From assembly GCF_009914755.1 (NCBI RefSeq), contig NC_060930.1: 64,000 bases of DNA, one strand, 5' to 3'. Shown piece by piece: positions 59,190 through 64,000 of this stretch. The position numbers were made by a program, and so were the translations under genes. Origin of the DNA: the human T2T-CHM13v2.0 reference genome, Homo sapiens. Every line of letters begins with the position of its first letter. Position 1 is the stretch's first letter. The notes under the pieces were generated by a model. The model was not told the origin of the DNA. It was given only the letters and a program-made list of their open reading frames with translations, and searched no databases.

Positions 59190-62100
59190 TCTCTATTTAT
59201 CCATTTATAGAAATCTAGGTTCATTCCTTATCTTGGTTACCGTGAATAGCACTGCAACAAACATTGGAGTGCAGATATCTCTTCAACATATTGATTCCTT
59301 TCTTTTGGATATACACTCAGCAGTGAAAATGCTGGGTCATATGGTATATCTTTAGTTTCTTGAGAAACCTCTGCACTGTTTTCAATAGTGGCTGAACTAA
59401 TTTACATTCCCACCCACAGTAGACATGGGTTCCCCTTTCTTCACATCCTTACCAGCATCCATTATTCCCTATTTGATAAAAGCCATTTAACTGCAAATGA
59501 TATCTCGCTGCAGATTTGATTTGCATTTTTCTGATGATTAGTGAAGTTGAGCATTTTTTCATATACCTGATAGCCATTTATATGTCTTTGTCTGAGAAAT
59601 GTCTATTTAGGTCTTTTGCCTTGTTTTTAATTGGTTTGATTTTTGTGGTGTGATGTTTTGGTTTTCCTGTTTTTGCTGTTGAGTTGTTTGAGCTCCTTAT
59701 AGATTCTATTTATAAATTCCTTGTCAGCTGGATAGTTAGCAAATATTTTCTCCAATTCTGGAAATTATCTTTTCACTTTGCTGACAGTTTCCTTTGCTAT
59801 GCAGAAGCTTTCTAGCTTGATGTAATCCTAATTATCTATTTTCAGTTATTATCTATTTTCAGTTTTGTTGCCAGAACCTTTGAGGTTTTACACACACAAA
59901 AATCTTTGCTCAAACCAATGTCCTGTAGCATTACCCCAATGTTTTTCTCTAGTAGTTTCATAGTTTCAGGTCTAAGATTTAAGTCTTTAATCCATTGTGA
60001 TTTGTTTTTTACTTATGGTGAGATAGGAGTCTAGTTTCATTCTTCTGCATATGGTTATCTACTTTTTCCTAGCACTGTTTATTGAAGAAACAATCCTTGC
60101 CCATTGTATGTTCTTGGAGCCTTTGTCAAAAATGAGTTCACTGGAGGTATGTGGATTTATATCTGGGTTCTCGCTTCTATTCAATTGGTCTATGTGTCTG
60201 TTGTTATGCCAGGACAATGCCAATTCTGTGAAGAATGTCATTGGTATTTTGATAGAGATTGCATTGAATCTGTAAATAGCCTTGGGAAGTATTCTCATTT
60301 CAATAATATTAATTTTTCCAATCCACGAGCACAAACTATATTTTCCTTTCTTGTGTCCTACTCAATTTCTTTCATCAGTGGTTTATAGATTTCCTTGTAT
60401 AAATCTTTCACTTTTTTGGTTGATTCCTAAATGTTTTATATCCTTTGCAGCTACTATAAGTAGGATTGATTTCTTGATTTTCTTTTCAGATTCTTCACTA
60501 TTGACATATATAAATATTACTGATTTTTTTGGTCAATTTTGTATCTGGTAACTTTACTGAATTTGCTTATTAGTTCTAACAGCTTTTTGATGGATAGTTT
60601 AGGTTTTTCTATGTATAAGATCATGTTGTCTGTGAACAAGCCTAATTTGACTTCTTCCTTTCCAATTTGGATACTCTTTATTTCTTTCTCTTGTCTAATT
60701 GCTCTGGCCAGGGCTTCCAGTATTACACTGAATAACAGCGATGAAAGTGAGCATCCTTGTTGTGTTTCAGATCTTAAAGGAAAGACTTTTGATTTTTCCC
60801 CATTAAATACAATTTTAGCTGTGGGTTGGTCATATATGGCCTTTATTACTTTTAGGTATATTCTTTCTATACCTAGTTTATGAGGGTTTTCATCATAAAA
60901 GGAAGGTAAATTTTATTAAATGCTTTTTCATATCTGCACCTATTGAATTGATCATATGTTTTTTGTTCTTGCTGCTGTTAATGTAATGTTTCATGGGGGG
61001 TTTTTTATTTGTTTGTGTTGTAACATCCTTGTATCCCTGAGATGAATCCCATGTAATCATGGTAAATGATCTTTTAAATGTGCTGTCGAATTTGGTTTGC
61101 CAGTATTTTGTTGAGGATTGTTGCATCTGTGTTCATCAGGGATATTGGTCTGTAGTTTTCTCTTTTAGTTGCGTATTTGTCTGGTTTTGGTACCAGGGCA
61201 ATCCTGACGTCACAGAAGGAGTTTGGAAGAATTCCCTCCACTTCAATTTTTTGAAAAGCTTGAGTAGAATTGGTGTTAGTTCTTTAAACTTTTGGTAAAA
61301 TTCAGCAATGAGGCCATCAGTTTCTGGACTTTCCTTTGATGCAAAACTTTATTACAGCTTCAATCTTATTACGCATTAATTTGTTGAGGTTTTCCTTTTC
61401 TTCATGGTTCAATCTTGGTAGGTTGTATGGATCTGGGAATTTATCCATTTCTTCTATGGTTTCTAATTTGTTGGCATAGAGTTGCTCATCATAGTCTCTA
61501 ATGATTCTGTTTATTTCTGTGGTCTCAGTTGCTATGTTTCCCTTTTCATTTCTGATTGTATTTATTTGGATCTCTTTTTTTCCTAGTCTAGCTAAAGTTT
61601 TGTCACTTTTGTTTATCTTTTCAAAAACCAATTTTTGCTTCTGTTAGTCTTATATATTTTTTTCTAGTCTCAATTTTATTAATTTATGTTTGATTTTTAT
61701 TATACCTTTCCTTCTACTAATTTTACGTTTGGTTTTTTCTTGCTTTTCTACTTCTTTGAGATGTACCCTTGAGTTTTTATATGAACCTTTCTACTGTTTT
61801 GATGTAGTTACTTATTGCTATAAACTTACCTCAGTACTGCTTTTGCTATATCCTATAGATTTAGTATGTTGTAATTCAGTTTTCTTTTGTTTCAAGAAAT
61901 TTTTTAATTTTCTCCTTACTTTCTTCATTGACCCATTGGTTATTCAGAAACGTGTTTAATTTCCATGTTTTTATGTAGTTTCTGAGGTTCCTCTTGTTAT
62001 TCATTTTTAGTTTTATTCCAGTGTGGTCAAAAAAGATATTTGATAGTATTTGTCTGTTGGGACTTGATAGAATTTGTTGGGACTTCTTTAGTGGACTAAG

Positions 62101-64000
62101 ATATAGTCTATTCTAGAGAATGTTTCATGTGCTGATGAAAACAACGTGTTGGGTGAAACGTTCTGCAAATATAAGTGAGGCCTGTTTGCTCTAGTGTGTA
62201 GTTTAACTCCAAAGTTTCTTCTTCAATTTTCTGTCTAGATTATCTGTCCATTATTGAGAGTGAGGTGTTGAGGTCCCTAATATTATTGTATTGCCATCTA
62301 TCTCTCCCTTTACATCTATTAATGTTTGCTTTAAATACTTGGGAGCTCCAGTGGTGGGTGCATAGATATTTTATAATTGTTACATCTGCTTCCCAAATTG
62401 ACCCCTTTATCATCATATAGTAACCTTTTCTCTTTTTGTACTTTTTGAGTTACAGTCTATGTTATCCCAGTATAATTACTCCTGCTCCTTTTTGGTTTCC
62501 AGTTGCATGTATATCATTTTTCTCCCTTCACTTTCAGTCTATTTGTGTTTCTATAGGAGAAGTGGGTTTCTGGTAGATATCACATTGTTGGGTCATATTT
62601 CTTTATTCATTCAGCCTCTATCCTCCTATGCCTTTTAATTGGAGAATTGAGTCCATTCACATTCGGTGTTATTACTGATACTAAGGACTTACTACTGCCA
62701 TTGTGTTACTTGTTTCTGGTTGTTTTGCAGCTCCTGTATTTTTATATTCCTTGGTTTCTATTTTCTTTTGTGGTTCTCTGCTCTTGTGGCTTGATTTGTT
62801 GCTAGTTATTTTTAGTGGATCCTTTATAGGATTTTGCATTGTGGTTACCATGAGGCTTACAAAGAACATTTTATCAATATAACAAGTTATTTTAAAGAGA
62901 TGACAACTTATCTTAGATCACAAAGAAAAGATGAGAAACAAAAAGTAAAAAAGAAAAAACTCTGTACTTTAACTCCATCCTCCCCATATTCTAACTTTCT
63001 GTTGTCTCAATTTACGTATTTTTATATTGCCTATCTCTTAACAGGTTGCTGTAGCTGTTACTGTTGTTGATAGATTTGTCTTCTGGGCTTCATACTAAAG
63101 TTGTGAGTTAACTGCATACCACAATTACAGTATTACATTATTCTGGGCTTGTCCCCGTATTTAGTTTTATCAATGGGTTTTATACCTTTAAAGGTTTGCT
63201 TGTTTTGCACATTTAATGTTTTTTCCCCTTTGGATTGAATAATTCTCTTTAGCATTTCTTGTCAGATGGGTCTGGTGGTAGTGAATTCTCTCAGTTTTTG
63301 TTTGTCTGGGAAGAACTTTATGTCTCTTTCGTACATTTGAAAAATAGCTTTGCTGAACACAGTATTCTTGGATGGCAGTTTCTTACTTTCAGCACTGAAA
63401 ATGTTGTTCCATGCCCTCCTGGCCCGTATAGTTGGTATTTTTTTTTTTGAGACGTCTGTTGCCAGATGAATTGGAGCTCCTTTACATGGTATTTGCTTCC
63501 TTTTTCTTTCTGCTTTTAGGATCCTTTCTTTGACCTTGACCTTTGACAGTTTGATTATTATATGCCTTAAGGTAATCTTATTTGGGTCAAATTTCTTTGG
63601 TGCTCTCTGCCCTTCTATCTGTACCTGGATATTTAGATCTTTCTCAATTTTGGAATGTTTTCTATTATTATTTATATGAATAAGCTTTGCTGCTACTGAA
63701 CTCCTTTTTGAACATCAACATTTCTTAAATTTGATCCTTTTAGGTAATTTTCTGTATATCATATATAATATTCATTCTTTTTTATTTTATTCGTCTGTAT
63801 TTTAGAATAGCCTGTCTTCAAGCTCACTAATTCTTCTTGATCAATTTTGTTGTAGAAATCCTATAATAAATTTTTCAGCTCAGTAAATGCATTTCTAAGT
63901 TCCAAGATTTGTTTTTCTAAATTATTTTAATGTCTTTATTAAAATTCTGTAAGTTTCTGAATTGATTTTTTTCTATGGCATCTTGGAGATCACTGAGTTT
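58642..64000 (-). mobile_element. L1MA (L1MA3/4-like) LINE running off the window end; internal (TG)n(TA)n at about 59128-59189
   Basis: L1MA 3' end (ttgatgcataatagatgtaca...gtaaagatcaaatcagg) and ORF2 remnants ([42 protein letters not shown]), then ORF1-end sequence after about 63200. Internal deletion near 60220. Confidence 0.92.

Overview
AT-rich, repeat-dominated primate genomic DNA; the young AluY-lineage and L1PA copies point to human or another ape. I recognise no intact protein-coding gene, RNA gene or CRISPR array. Nearly all long ORFs in the track are L1 or Alu fragments or chance ORFs. Main contents: (i) an old, disabled, intronless NUP50 retrocopy on the minus strand (CDS-equivalent 14126-15538); (ii) a full-length but dead L1PA4-like element (48342-54480, minus) that keeps the ZNF93-bound 5'UTR segment and has a mutated YY1 site; (iii) two twin-primed, 5'-inverted L1 insertions with clear TSDs (576-2484 and a 134-bp one at 42329-42462); (iv) older L1M elements, nine Alus (including an AluYd), MaLR/THE1/MER21 LTRs, L2, MIR and hAT MITEs. 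Two signals are not explained by these features. One is a chain of minus-strand splice-site-bounded segments at 3590-7093, two of which are diverged paralogues; this could be a decayed gene, a lncRNA, or a 52-aa spliced micropeptide. The other is an unidentified decayed ORF of about 187 codons at 11639-12201. Both are hypotheses, and I found nothing I can honestly call a new biological system. Subfamily names come from remembered consensus features, and boundaries of old repeats are approximate.
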